Positions 1-48,921 of a stretch of 64,000 nucleotides of DNA are shown here, piece by piece. The notes below the pieces were generated by a model. That model was not told the DNA's origin and ran no database searches. It saw only the letters and a list, made by a program, of their open reading frames with translations. The stretch is from the NCBI RefSeq assembly GCF_039654945.1, contig NW_027361806.1:8866001-8930000 (forward strand), written 5' to 3'. Position 1 is the stretch's first letter. The number at the start of each line of letters is the position of its first letter. The translations under genes and the position numbers were made by a program. This DNA is from Dendrobates tinctorius (lineage: Eukaryota).

Positions 1-932
1 CTATAATACTGCTCCTATGTACAAGAATATAACTACTATAATACTGCCCCTATGTACAAGAATATAACTACTATAATACTGCGCCTATGTACAAGAATAT
101 AACTACTATAATACTGCCAATATGTACAAGAATATAACTACAATAATACTGCCTCCTATGTACAAGAATATAACTACTATAATACTGCCAATATGTATAA
201 GAATATAACTACTATAATACTGCTCCTATGTACAAGAATATAACTACTATAATACTGTCCCTATGTACAAGAATATAACTAATATAATACTGCCCCTATG
301 TACAAGAATATAACTACTATAATACTGCCAATATGTATAAGAATATAACTACTATAATACTGCTCCTATATACAAGAATATAACTACTATAATACTGCCC
401 CTATGTACAAGAATATAACTACTATAATACTGCCAATATGTATAAGAATATAACTACTATAATACTGCTCCTATATACAAGAATATAACTACTATACTAC
501 TGCCCCTATGTACAAGAATATAACTACTATAATACTGCTCCTATATACAAGAATATAACTACTATAATACTGCCCCCTATGTACAAGAATATAACTACTA
601 TAATACTGCTCCTATGTACAAGAATATAACTACTATAATACTGTCCCTATGTACAAGAATATAACTACTATAATACTGCTCCTATGTACAAGAATATAAC
701 TAATATAATACTGCCCCTATGTACAAGAATATAACTACTATAATACTGCCAATATGTATAAGAATATAACTACTATAATACTGCTCCTATGTACAAGAAT
801 ATAACTACTATAATACTGCCCTATGTACAAGAATATAACTACTATAATACTGCGCCTATGTACAAGAATATAACTACTATAATACTGCTCCTATGTACAT
901 GAATATAACTACTATAATACTGCTGCTATGTA

Positions 933-2568
<1,636 letters not shown>

Positions 2569-5494
2569 TACAAGAATATAACTACTATAATACTGCCCCT
2601 AGATACAAGAATATAACTACTATAATACTGCTCCTATGTAGAAAAATATAACTACTATTATACTGCTGCTATGTACAAGAATATAACTACTATAATACTG
2701 CCCCTATATACAAGAATATAACTAATATAATACTGCCCCTATGAACAAGAATATAACTACTATAATACTGCCCCTATGTACAACAATATAACTACTATAA
2801 TACTGCACCCATATGTACAACAATATAACTACTATAATACTGCCCCTATGTACAAGAATATAACTACTATAATACTGCTCCTATGTACAAGAATATAACT
2901 ACTATAATACTGCCCCTATATACAAGAATATAACTAATATAATACTGCCCCTATGTACAAGAATATAACTACTATAAAACTGCTCCTATGTACAAGAATA
3001 TAATTACTATAATACTGTTCCCATGTACAAGAATCTAACTACTATAATACTGCTCCTATGTACAAGAATTTAACTACTATAATACTGCCCCTAGGTACAA
3101 GAATATAACTACTATAATACTGCCCCTAGGTACAAGAATATAGCTACTATAATACTGCCCCCATATGTACAAGAATATAACTACTATAATACTGCCCCTG
3201 TATACAAGAATATGGCTAATATAATACTGCCCCTATGTACAAGAATATAACTACTATGATACTGCCCCTATGTACAAGAATATAACTACTATAATACTGT
3301 TCCTATGTACAAGAATATAACTACTATAATACTGCCACTACATACAAGAATATAACTACTATAATACTGCTCCTATGTACAAGAATATAACTACTATAAT
3401 ACTGCCCCCTATGTACAAGAATATAACTACTATAATACTGCTCCTATGTACAAGAATATAACTACTATAATACTGCCCCTATGTACAATAATATAACTAC
3501 TATAATACTGCTCCTATGTACAAGAATATAACTACTATAATACTGCTCCTATGTACAAGAATATAACTACTATAATACTGCTCCTATGTACAAGAATATA
3601 ACTACTATAATACTGCTCCTATGTACAAGAATATAACTACTATAATACTGCTGCTATGTACAAGAATATAACTACTATAATACTGCTCCTATGTACAAGA
3701 ATATAACTACTATAATACTGCCCCTATGTACAAGAATATAACTACTATAATACTGCCCCTACTTTATGTACAAGAATATAACTACTATAATACTGCCCCT
3801 ATATACAAGAATATAACTAATATAATACTGCCCCTATGTACAAGAATATAACTACTATAATACTGCCCCCATGTACAAGAATATAACTACTATAATACTG
3901 CCCCTATGTACAAGAATATAACTAATATAATACTGCCCCTATGTACAGGAATATAACTACTATAATACTGCCCCCATATGTACAAGAATATAACTACTAT
4001 AATACTGCTCCTATGTACAAGAATATAGCTACTATAATACTCCCCCTATATACAAGAATATAACTAATATAATACTGCCCCTATGTACAAGAATATAACT
4101 ACTATAATACTGCCCCTATGTACAGGAATATAACTACTATAATACTGCCCCCATATGTACAAGAATATAATTACTATAATACTGCTCCTATGTACAAGAA
4201 TATAGCTACTATAATACTGCCCCTATGTACAAGAATATAATTACTATAATACTGCTCCTATGTACAAGAATATAACTACTATAATACTGCCCCTATGTAC
4301 AAGAATATAACTACTATAATACTGCTCCTATGTACAAGAATATAACTACTATAATTCTGTCCCCTACAGTATGTACAAGAATATAACTACTATAATACTG
4401 CCCCTATGTACAAGAATATAACTACTATAATACTGCCCCTATGTACAAGAATATAACTACTATAATACTGCTCCTATATACAAGAATTTTTTAATAATTC
4501 TTTATTTAAACATTTTAGTAAACAAAATAACACAACTGTGACAAGTCATGAGATGCAATGGAATGTGATGTGACAAGAGGCACCCTAAGGTGCTTAAAAC
4601 ATTTTGAGACAAGGGTACAGACAAAATTGGAAAACAGACAACCATGACTACTAAACGAGAGGAAAAAAAGAGTACCTAGAAAAGGGAACTAACCAAATTC
4701 AGGATATATTAGGCTGTATCAGAACAGAAAAGAAGTATCAAGTGAGATCAGTGTAAGGTTGGTTTCACACTAGCGTTCGGCAGGGCTGCGGAGGGCTGCG
4801 TACTTCCTCCTTTCTTCCTCAGTTAAGCCCCGCCCACTGCCGCATCTCTTCCATTCCGCTCCGCCTACGTCGGCATGTGTCGTTTTGACTCTGTGTCAAA
4901 TGAAACATGCGCAGGCATCTGCATACATTCGCATGAATAGGGAATAGAGTTTTTGTTACGATGGATGTGTTACGTTATTGTTGATTAATACTGGCACATT
5001 TTTGGGGGCCCCCTTGCAACTCCGCCCAGGCTTCAACCCTCGAACCTTCCACAGTCCCACCTCCCTCTCTTGGAAAAACCCCACTTCTACACCACATCCT
5101 CACTAATCACACATTAACAGTTCCCATCACCATATCACATTTTTGTCCACCACGACAAGGTAGACTCTTTTGGCCAAGCCCTACTCTACTGTAACTTATT
5201 AAACATTTGTTAAAATATCCAATACAATTTAGGTATATTTTTATTTATTTTTCAATTTTTAACATGACTAATAATATCACTTACAATGGACAAATACCAC
5301 TGCACCATGGCCAAACCACATATTACCACCATACAGTGATCAAATAATAGCACATACAAGCAACAAATACCACCACACCATGACCAGCCCACCTATTACC
5401 ACCACATAGTGACCGAATACTACAACACTGATCATTAATAAAAAAAAAAACATAATACTAATATCACCATAAGTGCCGTTACGCACAGGAGAAC

Positions 5495-6330
5495 CTGCCC
5501 CATCTGTCTCATGATCCTTCCCCATCTGTCCCATGATTCCGGCCCATGATCCTGCACCATGTCTCCATCATATCCATCCTGCCTCATGGTCATGCACCAT
5601 GTGTCTCCATCCTGCCCCATGAACCTGCACCATGTGTCTCCATCCTGCCCCATGATCCTGCCCCATCTGTCTCCATCCTGCCGCATCTGTCTCCATCCTG
5701 CCTCATGTTCCTGCTCATCTGTCTCCATCCTGCCCCATGGTCCTGCCCATCAGTCTCCATCCTGCCCCTTCTGTCTCCATCCTGCCCCATCTATCTCCAT
5801 CCTGCCTAATGATCCTGCCCCATTTGTCTACATCCTACCCCATCTGTCTCCATCCTGTCCCATGAACCTATACCATGTTTCTCCCTCCTGCCCCATCTTT
5901 CTACATCCTGCCCCATGATCCTGCACTCTGTGGCTCCATCCTGCCCCATCTGTCTTCATCCTGCCCCATGATCCTGCCACATTTGTCGCCATATCTCCCC
6001 ATCTGTCTCCATCCTGCCTCATGGTCCTACACCATGTGTCTCCCTCCTGCCCCATCTGTCTACATCCTGCCCCATGATCCTGCACTCTGTGGCTCCATCC
6101 TGCCCCATCTGTCTCCATACTGCCCATGTGTCTCCATCCTGCCCCAAGATCCTGCACCATGTGTCTTCATCCTACCCCACCTCTCTACATCCTGCACCAT
6201 GTGTGTTCATCTTGTCCCATCTGTCTCCATATTGCCTCATGTGTCTCCATCCTGCCCCATGATAATGCCCCATCTGTGTTCATTCTGCCCCATCTGTCTC
6301 CATCCTGCCCCATCTGTCTTCATCTTGCCT
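5495..6330. repeat. Degenerate ~20-bp C-rich minisatellite
   Basis: ccatctgtctccatcctgcc and ccatgatcctgc variants. Confidence 0.85.
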
Positions 6331-7966
6331 CAAACGCAGGTATAGTTACTGCACCGGCCAGGGGCAGACACTGACCGGGCCCCTCTCACTCCTGCCCGTA
6401 CTCTTGACTGAGTGGCCCCATAGCGGCTGCATACTCTGCTGCTATGGGCAGTACGCCCCTGCCAGCAGGGGCCCCCCTCCGCCTTGGGCCCCGATGCAGT
6501 TGCACTGGCGGGTATGTCGGTCCCTGGCACCGGCATAATCCTGCTGCTGAGGCCCGTAAGCGGAAGAGATGGGGCCTGTTCCGGGCCCCCTCTGCTCACT
6601 GGGCCCCATACGTCAGTCAGAGCAGTAATGCCCTGATGGCGGCCCTGATACCTATATTCTGCCAGGGTGCAGAGGTGATAGTTGCACTTAGCTCCTTACC
6701 TGAGAGGATGTAATGGCCCAACTAGCACATGAGGAAACACTGGTATTGTAAATGGCACGTAGTGGGGGGCTGTTCGCTATTTTGCATTGGACCCGGGAGC
6801 TTCAGTTATTGCATTTGCCCAGTGGTGTGTGTACTGCGGGGGGAAAACCCCATCATCGCCATCAGCCAAAATTACAGTTTCTAGCCTCAGTCTACATGTA
6901 GTGAATGTTGAACGTCCTGCATTCCTCGCTCAGGGCGCAGCTCGCTGTGGCGTGGATCGGGTTTGGTTTGCAGATAAGATCAGAACCTTAGTCCCCAGGT
7001 ACAATGGACTCGGTGATAAACAGAGGTGAGCAGCGAGCGGCCCTGATCAGGACTAAGGACTGCTCCCTGGAAGGACTGTAAGGAGGATCCAGTGACGCAT
7101 TTTCTCCGGGATTTACAGCTTTACCTGCGCAATTATAATACCGATACTAGAAGAATGGCGTAAACCATTACATTTTCCACTTTCCTGATTGGCAGGAATT
7201 AATATGAATATTCAGCTAGATTTTCTTATTTCCTCCATTGATTTTCAACAAGTTGTCTCAGAAACAGGTAAAATATGTAGAATTTGTGGCATGGCCGTCT
7301 TCCCTTATGGCCTTTTGGACCCCAGGTGTAACTGCACCCCCTCTAGCTGCTCTCCTTGCAGACCTTTCCCTTATATTACAGGTTTGCGCCCACATGCCCT
7401 ACGTCTGTGGGGGCCCATATGTTATAACCCACTGCCTGCCTCAGGAAGGGTCCTACATGGGTTAACCCTCTGCTAACATGTACAGCGCAGAACTTCATAC
7501 CCACCTCACCATCCTCACCTTTCCTGGGTCACGTGCGGGGTGGGGGACAATAAGCCCATTTCTTCTCCCCGTCTTGATCTTGTCCCCGTCTTTCAGGATT
7601 CTCAGCTTTTGTTTATTATTCACAGGTGGAAATTCTATCTCTTCCTCCTCGGCAGAGTCCTGGACGGGGATTGGCTGCGGCTGCGGTGACGGAAGGGCAG
7701 GAACATTCCAGGTGAACCGTCTGCTCCACCTGCTGCTCTGGGCCCCGGCCAAGGCCTTTATACATTATAGATTTTTTACTCTTCTTTCACTTGGACTTGT
7801 TTTTACTCCTTCTAAACATCCTGGATGGAAATCGCCTCGCTCCGTCTAATATACTTTGTGTTGTAATTCTTCCCCATTGTCAGGATCTCTGGTTGCAATC
7901 CAGGAACATTATCGTTTACATCTACAGGCAGAAAACATTCCCAGAACTGAAACATAAGCAATTATT

Positions 7967-8277
7967 AAGGGCTCGTTCACACTTGTGAATAAATAGCACG
8001 AATAAAAAAAAAATCAGATTGCATTCGGACCAAGGTTATTCTATGATTGTGTGCTCATCTGCCTTTTTTTTTTTCAGTTCCAATCCTATCGAGATCAGAC
8101 TGAAAAAAAAATCCACCGCGTGCTGCAATTGCATGCAAAATTCAGATGGCACGCACCCATACAAGGCTATGGATGTGTGTGAAACATAGCACTGCTGCAC
8201 TCGGATGTCACCCGAGTGCAGCACACTGTTTTATCGCATAGCACTCGGCCGTTTTATACTGCAGTGTGACGCCGGCC
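7967..8277. mobile_element. Probable Harbinger-type MITE
   Basis: taa-gggctcgttcacacttg ... cagtgtgacgccggcc-taa; imperfect TIRs. Confidence 0.45.
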
Positions 8278-8789
8278 TAACAATTACTCTTAGCGCTCTA
8301 GTTATGGGCAGGTTTTTTGTCTGTGGATGTAAACAAGAATGTTTCTATCACCGACAGAAAGCAAAATCTTAACAAAGAGTGAGGATCTGCAGCACAAAGA
8401 ATATAGAAAAGTGGTGGAACTTTATGGGAAAGCTGAATCTTATTTACATGAATCCGGAAAGTCTTCAGAAAAAAAACATGCAGCGTAATGGCAAGGATAG
8501 CACGGTGCAGCCAGGATACGTTAGGATTCAGTTACAGGGCTCATTCTATGGTCTGGGCATGCTGGAAGTTGTAGTGGTTGTTGACCTCTGCTATGGCACA
8601 CAAGGACAGAAGGGAGAACTGAAATAGTATTACAATATACAGGGGGTAATTACACAGCACCATCAAGGTGATGAATCATTACGGAATGTAAAGAGCAGAC
8701 CTGATAGATAAAGCAGCTCCTGGATAATGAGGTAAAGCCGGTGTCACACGGCTGGCGAGTCTATCATTATGTAAATGATACTCGGCTCA

Positions 8790-10830
8790 AACTGTATGGT
8801 GGCACACTATGATGGGCACTGTATGGGGGCACACTATGATGGGCACTGTATGGGGGCACACTATGACAGGCACTGTATGGGGCACACTATGATAGGCACT
8901 GTATGGTGGCACAGTGTGACTAGCACTGTATGGTGGCACACTGTGACTTGCACTGTATGGTGGCACACTGTGACTGGCACTGTATGGTGGCACACTGTGA
9001 CAGGCACTGTATGGGGGCACACTGAGACAGGCACTGTATGGTGGCACACTATGTCTGGCTCTGTATGGGGGCACTCTGACTGGCACTGTATGGGGGCACA
9101 CTATGATAGGCACTGTATGGTGGCACACTGTGACAGGCATTGCATGGGGGCACACTGTGACAGGCACTCTATGGGGGCACACTGTGACAGGCACTGTATG
9201 GGGGCACACTATGACAGGCACTGTATGGGGGCACTCTATGACTGGCACTGTATGGGGGCACACTGTGACAGACACTGTATGGGGGCACACTGTGACAGGC
9301 ACTGTATGGGGGCACACTATGACACACTATGACAGGCACTGTATGGGGGCACACTATGATAGGCACTGTATGGGTGAAGACTATGACAGGCACTGTATGG
9401 GGGCACACTATGACAGGCACTGAATGGGGGCACACTGTGACAGGCACTGTATGGTGGCACACTATAGCTGGCACTATATGGTGGCACACTATGACAGGCA
9501 CTGTATGGTGGCACACTATGACTGGCACTGTATGGGGGCACACTATGATAGGCACTGTATGGGTGAAGACTATGACAGGCACTGTATGGGGGCACACTAT
9601 GACAGGCACTGAATGGGGGCACACTGTGACAGGCACTGTATGGTGGCACACTGTGACAGGTACTGTATGGTGGCACACTATGACTGGCACTATATGGTGG
9701 CACACTATGACAGGCACTGTATGGTGGCACACTATGACTGTTACTGTATGGGGGCACACTATGACTGGCACTGTATGGGGGCACACTGTGACAGGCACTG
9801 TATGGTGTCACACTATGACAGGCACTGTATGGTGGCACACTATGACAGGCACTGTATGGGGGCACACTGTGACAGGCACTGTATGGTGGCACACTATGAC
9901 AGGCACTGAATGGTGGCACACTGTGACAGGCACTGTATGGTGGCACACTATGACAGGCACTGAATGGGGGCACACTGTGACTGGCACTGTATGGGGGCAC
10001 ACTATGACTGTTACTGTATGGGGGCACACTATGACTGGCACTGTATGGGGGCACACTGTGACAGGCACTGTATGGTGTCACACTATGACAGGCACTGTAT
10101 GGTGGCACACTATGACAGGCACTGTATGGGGGCACACTATGACAGGCACTGAATGGTGGCACACTGTGACAGGCACTGTATGGTGGCACACTATGACAGG
10201 CACTGTATGGGGGCACACTGTGACAGGCACTGTATGGTGGCACACTATGACAGGCACTGTATGGGGGCACACTGTGACAGGCACTGTATGGTGGCACACT
10301 ATGACAGGCACTGTATGGTGGCACACTGTGACAGGCACTGTATGGTGGCACACTATGACAGGCACTGAATGGGGGCACACTGTGACTGGCACTGTATGGT
10401 GGCACACTATGACTGGCACTATATGGTGGCACACTATGACAGGCACTGTATGGTGGCACACTATGACTGGCACTGTATGGGGCACACTATGATAGGCACT
10501 GTATGGGGCACACTATGATAGGCACTGTATGGTGGCACACTGTGACAGGCACTGTATGGTGGCACACTGTGACAGGCACTGTATGGTGGCACACTGTGAC
10601 AGGCACTGAATGGGGGCACACTGTGACTGGCACTGTATGGTGGCACACTATGACTGGCACTATATGGTGGCACACTATGACAGGCACTGTATGGTGGCAC
10701 ACTATGACTGGCACTGTATGGGGCACACTATGATAGGCACTGTATGGGGCACACTATGATAGGCACTGTATGGTGGCACACTGTGACAGGCACTGTATGG
10801 TGGCACACTGTGACAGGCACTGTATGGGGG
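8790..10830. repeat. 27-bp minisatellite array
   Basis: Unit gcactgtatggtggcacactatgacag. Confidence 0.95.
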
Positions 10831-12159
10831 GAGAGAGAGAGAGAGAGAATTTTTTTTGTCCGGCACCCAGACAGATTTTGGGGTTAATTCAGTGTCTGGA
10901 GGATCCGCTGGCCAAAAAAACGTTGCAAGCTCCGTTTGCAAATCTTTGAGGATGTTGACGGACACTAACATTGCGGCGGATCCTCAGAAAAACGGATGCA
11001 ACGGACGGCAATCAGTCAGGATCCGCCAATAATGAAAGTCAATGGGGAAAAAACGGATCCGCAAAGAAAAATGGTGGATCCGTTTTTTTTCCAAAATTGG
11101 TGGATCTTGACTGATTGTCAAAAACGGAAGTGTGAAAGAGGCCTAAAGTCCATCACTGTATGGGGGTCACATTCTAAGTGGCACTTTGTGGGGGTACACT
11201 AGGATTGGCACTATGTATGGCACATTGGTGCACCATATAATAGGCCCCATCTCAGGATAAAGCACAAGGGGCTGATAATCCTTAAGTGACGTTTTCTCTA
11301 TCGGGGACTCCTGGCACCTGATCTACAAACCGGGCATTGTTCATGGTGCCGGTGGTGACACAATATCACATTGTCCGCCGGCATCGCTGTACACATACAG
11401 TGCATTGTCTATTACAGTCTCACATTTGCCTAAATAACAGGGAACAATGAAATCATCACGAGCCGCCTCTGCGACCTGTGAACATCCAAGAGACATTGGC
11501 TTTACTGTCACTGAATGTCTCTCTATTACGTATTTTACAGTTTTGGCTCAGATTTTAGTTAAAACAATTTGTTTGCTCTAGAGACAAGTAACACGCTGCT
11601 GTTGACGGATCCATTATTCTCACAATCTGCCTCATATGACTGATGAGGTGGAATTGTGCATTATCATGAGCTATTAGACTGCAAAGGGCCCAGACACTGT
11701 CCTATGTCTGCTCCTGCCCCTACATGTCAGGTACAGGAGAGCCCGACCCCAGGGCGAGAACAAAGCTGACATGAATGGTATTAGGGAAACTATAGATTTT
11801 TTTTTAATTTCTTTTGTGGCATTTTTCATTGTTGTTATTAATAGCGTTTTTTTATGCCAGATGTATAATGAAACTGAAAATGACTCTTGTTTTGGTTTAA
11901 TGCAGCATGCTTTTTTTTTTTAGTTATTCTCATGTCCTTATTCTCATAGTGACACTAAATAAATAAAATACCGAAAACAGAAATACAAATGACATAAAAA
12001 ATTCACATTGCATTTAAAATACGCTGGATTTTTTAATGCAAACACCATAAAAACATATTGCAAAGGAAGCCTTGAGCTGTAATGATGCATGCAGCTTTTG
12101 CTGCAGTTTTTTGTGTACCGTAATTAGTTTTTTGTTTTGTTTTTACATTATCTTATCTC

Positions 12160-13190
12160 CGATCTAGAGCTGCATTCAGAGTTCTGCTCTTTTATCTTAT
12201 CCTAGAGCTGCATTCACAGTTCTGCTCTTTTATATCTATTCCTAGAGCGGCATTCACAGTTCTGCTCTTTTATATCTTATCCTACATCTGCATTCACAGT
12301 TCTGCTCTTTTATATGATATCCTAGAGCTGCATTCACAGTTCTGCTCTTTTATATCTATTCCTAGAGCGGCATTCACAGTTCTGCTCTTTTATATCTTAT
12401 CCTACATCTGCATTCACAGTTCTGCTCTTTTATATGATATCCTAGAGCTGCATTCACAGTTCTGCTCTTTTATATCTATTCCTAGAGCTGCATTCACAGT
12501 TCTGCTCTTTTATATCTTATCCTAGAGCTGCATTCACAGTTCTGCTCTTTTATATCATATCCTAGAGCGGCATTCACAGTTCTGCTCTATTATATCTTAT
12601 CTTAGAGCTGCATTCACAGTTCTGCTCTTTTATATCATATCCTAGAGCTGCATTCACAGTTCTGCTCTTTTATATCATATCCTAGAGCGGCATTCACAGT
12701 TCTGCTCTTTTATATCTTATCCTAGATCTGCATTCACAGTTCTGCTCTTTTATATGATATCCTAGAGCTGCATTCACAGTTCTGCTCTTTTATATCTATT
12801 CCTAGAGCGGCATTCACAGTTCTGCTCTTTTATATCTTATCCTAGAGCGGCATTCACAGTTCTGCTCTTATATATCTTATCCTAGAGCTGCATTCACAGT
12901 TCTGCTCTTTTATATCTTATCCTAGAGCTGCATTCACAGTTCTGCTCTTTTATATCTTATCCTAGAGCTGCATTCACAGTTCTGCTCTTTTATATCTTAT
13001 CCTAGAGCTGCATTCACAGTTCTGCTCTTTTATATCTATTCCTAGAGCTGCATTCACAGTTATGTTCTTTTATATCATATCCTAGAGCTGCATTCACAGT
13101 TCTGCTCTTTTATATCATACCCTAGAGCTGCATTCACAGTTCTGCTCTTTTATATCATATCCTAGAGTTGCATTCACAATTCTGTTTCTA
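12160..13190. repeat. 40-bp minisatellite array
   Basis: Unit cctagagctgcattcacagttctgctcttttatatcttat. Confidence 0.95.
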
Positions 13191-14964
13191 TATCATACAT
13201 ACAGTTTTTTTGCAGTTTTTTTGAACCAGAAATGGATTTAAGAGCAATAGGAAATACTGTATAATGGACTGATTGATACTTCTTCCTGCTGGATCCACTT
13301 CTAGCTTTGGCTTTAAAAAACTGCACCAAAAATTGTCTGTGTGATTCTAGCGTGAAAACAACTCCAGAGGCTCCTTCTCATGATTAATGAAAGGTAAAAA
13401 CTTACATCCCACCCGGTCTTTGGGTGAGGGGCTGAGAGAATCGTACACTCAGGAAAGAAATCTCACAGCAACAAAGTAACACCCAGTGCAACATTTCCTC
13501 TAAATGATAGATGAGGCTGATGTGATCAGAGCACTTAAAAGAGCATTGTCCAGGAAAATCCCTGCGCTAAAACAACGCCGCCATTCGTCACTTTATAATT
13601 ATATCGCTCGTAAAGAAAAGCTTCAGCACTGATCATCTTTGGCACTCAGGGCATGATGGGAATTGTAGTTTTACAATAGCTGGAGAGTCACATGATGGGA
13701 AACAATATGATAGCCATAGAAGTAACAGTGAAGGTAAGAAAGCGGTGGCATAAGACGTTGTAACAGCGTGTGAGCTTTATTAATCATGTGATCCTGATTG
13801 ATGTAAATGGCGCCATCTCAATATATAAATAAACTAGCTGAAGAGCCCGGCGTTGCCTGGGCATAGTAACCAACTGTGGTTAGTTATAGCAAATTATAAT
13901 GATTATATTGCACATAAAAACATTTCACATCATAAATTCAACACTACAGATTTGCAACAAAATTAACTAAATGATTACCCAAGTATTGATAGTATTTTAT
14001 TTTCAACTCATTCAAGATTTTTGTTTTTTCCTTTCGGTGCAAAGATGAAGATTTTTGGCAGTTCCAACTCTTAAACAGACCACGTAAAGTTGACCATGAG
14101 AAAAGCATGGAGATTGCAAATCGATCCCTACTACTTTCAAGGACTGTCCCTGAGCCTTGTTAATGGACATTGCAAATAGAAGTTGAACTGAAAACTGGAG
14201 GCGTTTAAAATCAAAAAACAAATCAGATGGAATGAGTGGAATTCTTGGAATGAAAATGTCCTCTCCTTTGGCATATCCTGTTTCTGAGCTGTGTATCTAA
14301 CCCTATCTGTGTGTTACTGACTGCTCAGCCGTGTAGCTAACCCTATCCTGTGTGATACTGACTGCTCAGCCGTGTATCTAATCCTATCCTGTGTGATACT
14401 GACTGCTCAGCCGTGTATCTAATCCTATCCTGTGTGATACTGACTGCTGAGCAGTGTATCTAATCCTATCCTGTGTGATACCGTCTGCTGAGCCGTGTAT
14501 CTAACCCTATCCTGTGTGATACTGACTGCTGAGCCATGTACCTAATCCTATCATGTGTGTTACTGACTGCTCAGCCGTATATCTAATCCTATCCTGTGTG
14601 ATACTGACTGCTGAGCCGTGTATCTAATCCTATCCTGTGTGATACTGCTGAGCCGTGTATCTAATCTTATTCTGTGTGATGCCGTCTGCTGAGCCGTGTA
14701 TCTAATACTATTCTGTGTGATACTGTGTGCTGAGCTGTGTATCTAATCCTATCTTGTGTGATACTGTCTGCTGAGCCGTGTATCTAATCCTATCCTGTGT
14801 GATACTGCTGAGCCGTGTATCTAATCTTATTCTGTGTGATGCCGTCTGCTGAGCCGTGTATCTAATACTATTCTGTGTGATACTGTGTGCTGAGCTGTGT
14901 ATCTAATCCTATCTTGTGTGATACTGTCTGCTGAGCCGTGTATCTAAACCTATTTTTTTTTTTT

Positions 14965-15095
14965 TCGTATATGTACCTACCTACTGTCAATGTATTGCCT
15001 TTATGCATCTGTATCTGTACTTGTTCCTGCCCTGCTGCTGTAATTCTCTGAATTTCCCCATGGTGGGACGATTAAAGGATTATCTTATCTTATCT
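14965..15095 (+). mobile_element. 3' end of a Rex1/Babar-like non-LTR element, nested in the Helitron minisatellite
   Basis: gaatttccccatggtgggacgattaaaggattatcttatcttatct: stem-loop plus microsatellite tail; family assignment from memory. Confidence 0.5.
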
Positions 15096-15132
15096 ATCCT
15101 ATGTGCTACTGACTGCTGAGCCATGTGTCTAA

Positions 15133-15539
15133 AGGGGGTTTTACACTAAGCGATATCGCTAGCAATATCGCTAAAACGTCACTGGTTTTGTGACGTTATA
15201 GCGATATTGCTAGCGATATCGCTATGTGTGATACTTACCAGCGACCGGCTCCCCCGCTGTCCATCGCTGATCGCGCGAGAATGTCCGGCTCCATTTCTCG
15301 TCGGGGGCTTCCTGCTGAGACTTCCTGCTGTGACGACGAGCGACGCGTGGAGGCGGGCGGGAGGACGTCACGATCGCTGTGTGTGAATGGTAAGTATCGT
15401 GCGCTGCGTCGCTGCTGAATCGCTGTGATGTCTTTCTGTATGAAAGCTCACTAGCGATCATTTAGCGATGCACCAGCGATCCTGACCGGGTCCGATCGCT
15501 GGTCGGATTGCTGGTGCATCGCTAAATGTAAATGGGCCT
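15133..15539. mobile_element. Harbinger-type MITE rich in gcgatatcgc motifs; relatives at 52375-52781 and 61272-61601
   Basis: Imperfect TIRs aggggg-ttttacac / tgtaaatgggcct; TWA flanks; interrupts a 41-bp unit. Confidence 0.7.
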
Positions 15540-16289
15540 TTATCCTCTCCTGTGTGATACTGACTACTGAGCTGTGTATCTAATCCTATCCTGTGTGATA
15601 CTGGGCTCCCCCTGCAGTCTGTGTCAGAGGGTGGTCTGTGTTGGCACAGTAATAAATTGTGTTATTTCCAGCTTTACAGAAGAACGATAGCACCATAGAA
15701 TTGATAAAATAGGCCAAATTGTTTGGTGAACTGGAACGCGCAGGGTTAAAATTTCGCCTCACAACATAGCCTATGACGCTCTTGGGATCCAGACGTGTGA
15801 CTGTGCAAAATTTTGTGGCTGAAGCTGCGACGGTGCAGATGCCAATCCCGGACAAACACACATACATACACTTTTTCCCCATTATGTACCTAGGGGGCAA
15901 AATTGTTTGGTGAATTGGAACGCGCGGGGTTAAAATTTCACCTCACATCATAGCCTATGACGCTCTCGGGGTCCAGACGTGTGACAGTGCAAAATTTTGT
16001 GGCTGTAGCTGCGACGGTGCAGATGCCAATCCCGGACATACACACACACACACACATACATACATACGCGTACGTACATACATACATACATACACACACA
16101 CATTGAGCTTTATATATTAGACATATCGTATGATGTATATCAGCTCTGTGTAATGTCTTTATGTGGACGGTTATGAAGATGGAGGGATCTAGGATGTCCA
16201 GCTACACCTCTCTGAGTAATCCAATTCCATATCTGTCATGTGGAGAAAGAAAGATGGTATCAGACCCATGAATGATGGGAGGATGACTG

Positions 16290-16295
16290 TTTATT
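16290..16295 (-). terminator. Candidate CFAP57 polyadenylation signal AATAAA
   Basis: tttatt on the plus strand about 27 nt past the stop codon. Confidence 0.5.
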
Positions 16296-16321
16296 GGGTT
16301 ATAATAACACATGCCATGCGA

Positions 16322-48611
<32,290 letters not shown>

Positions 48612-48921
48612 GTTGGAGGAGTGCGGAGCGTGAATCTGCAGATGAAAAAAACAGGAAGAAAATGATTATTATAATAGTCGAATTCCTGTAATCCCGTGTA
48701 TTATGTATGGTCAGTGTAATGTCAGGTGTTATATGGCGGCACTCCGACTAGGAATAGGGCAGATTCAGAATCCGGCTGATTATCGGTAACTCGGAACTCA
48801 CCAGATGCAGCCGTCCTGCTGATACTAATGACTGTGTGCACTTACTGGATCGTTACCCACGAGTGGAAGGACGGATCTGTGATCAACACAACACCTAAGT
48901 TTTTATCAATAACCTGTGGCT

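Larger units (their letters stand above)
13834..16121 (-). mobile_element. Non-autonomous Helitron (copy 1) with a Pif1-helicase remnant and an internal 41-bp minisatellite
   Basis: Minus-strand 5' TCtaatatata; 3' GC-rich hairpin gcccaggcaacgccgggc followed by CTAG; remnant FAMSINKAQGQSL...FSHGQLYV (14012-14277). Confidence 0.88.

Noticed and set aside
8775-10971. Repetitive ORFs on both strands (HTMTGTVWW, HSVPPYSAC)
   Set aside because: The 27-bp unit is a multiple of 3; there are no splice or promoter signals
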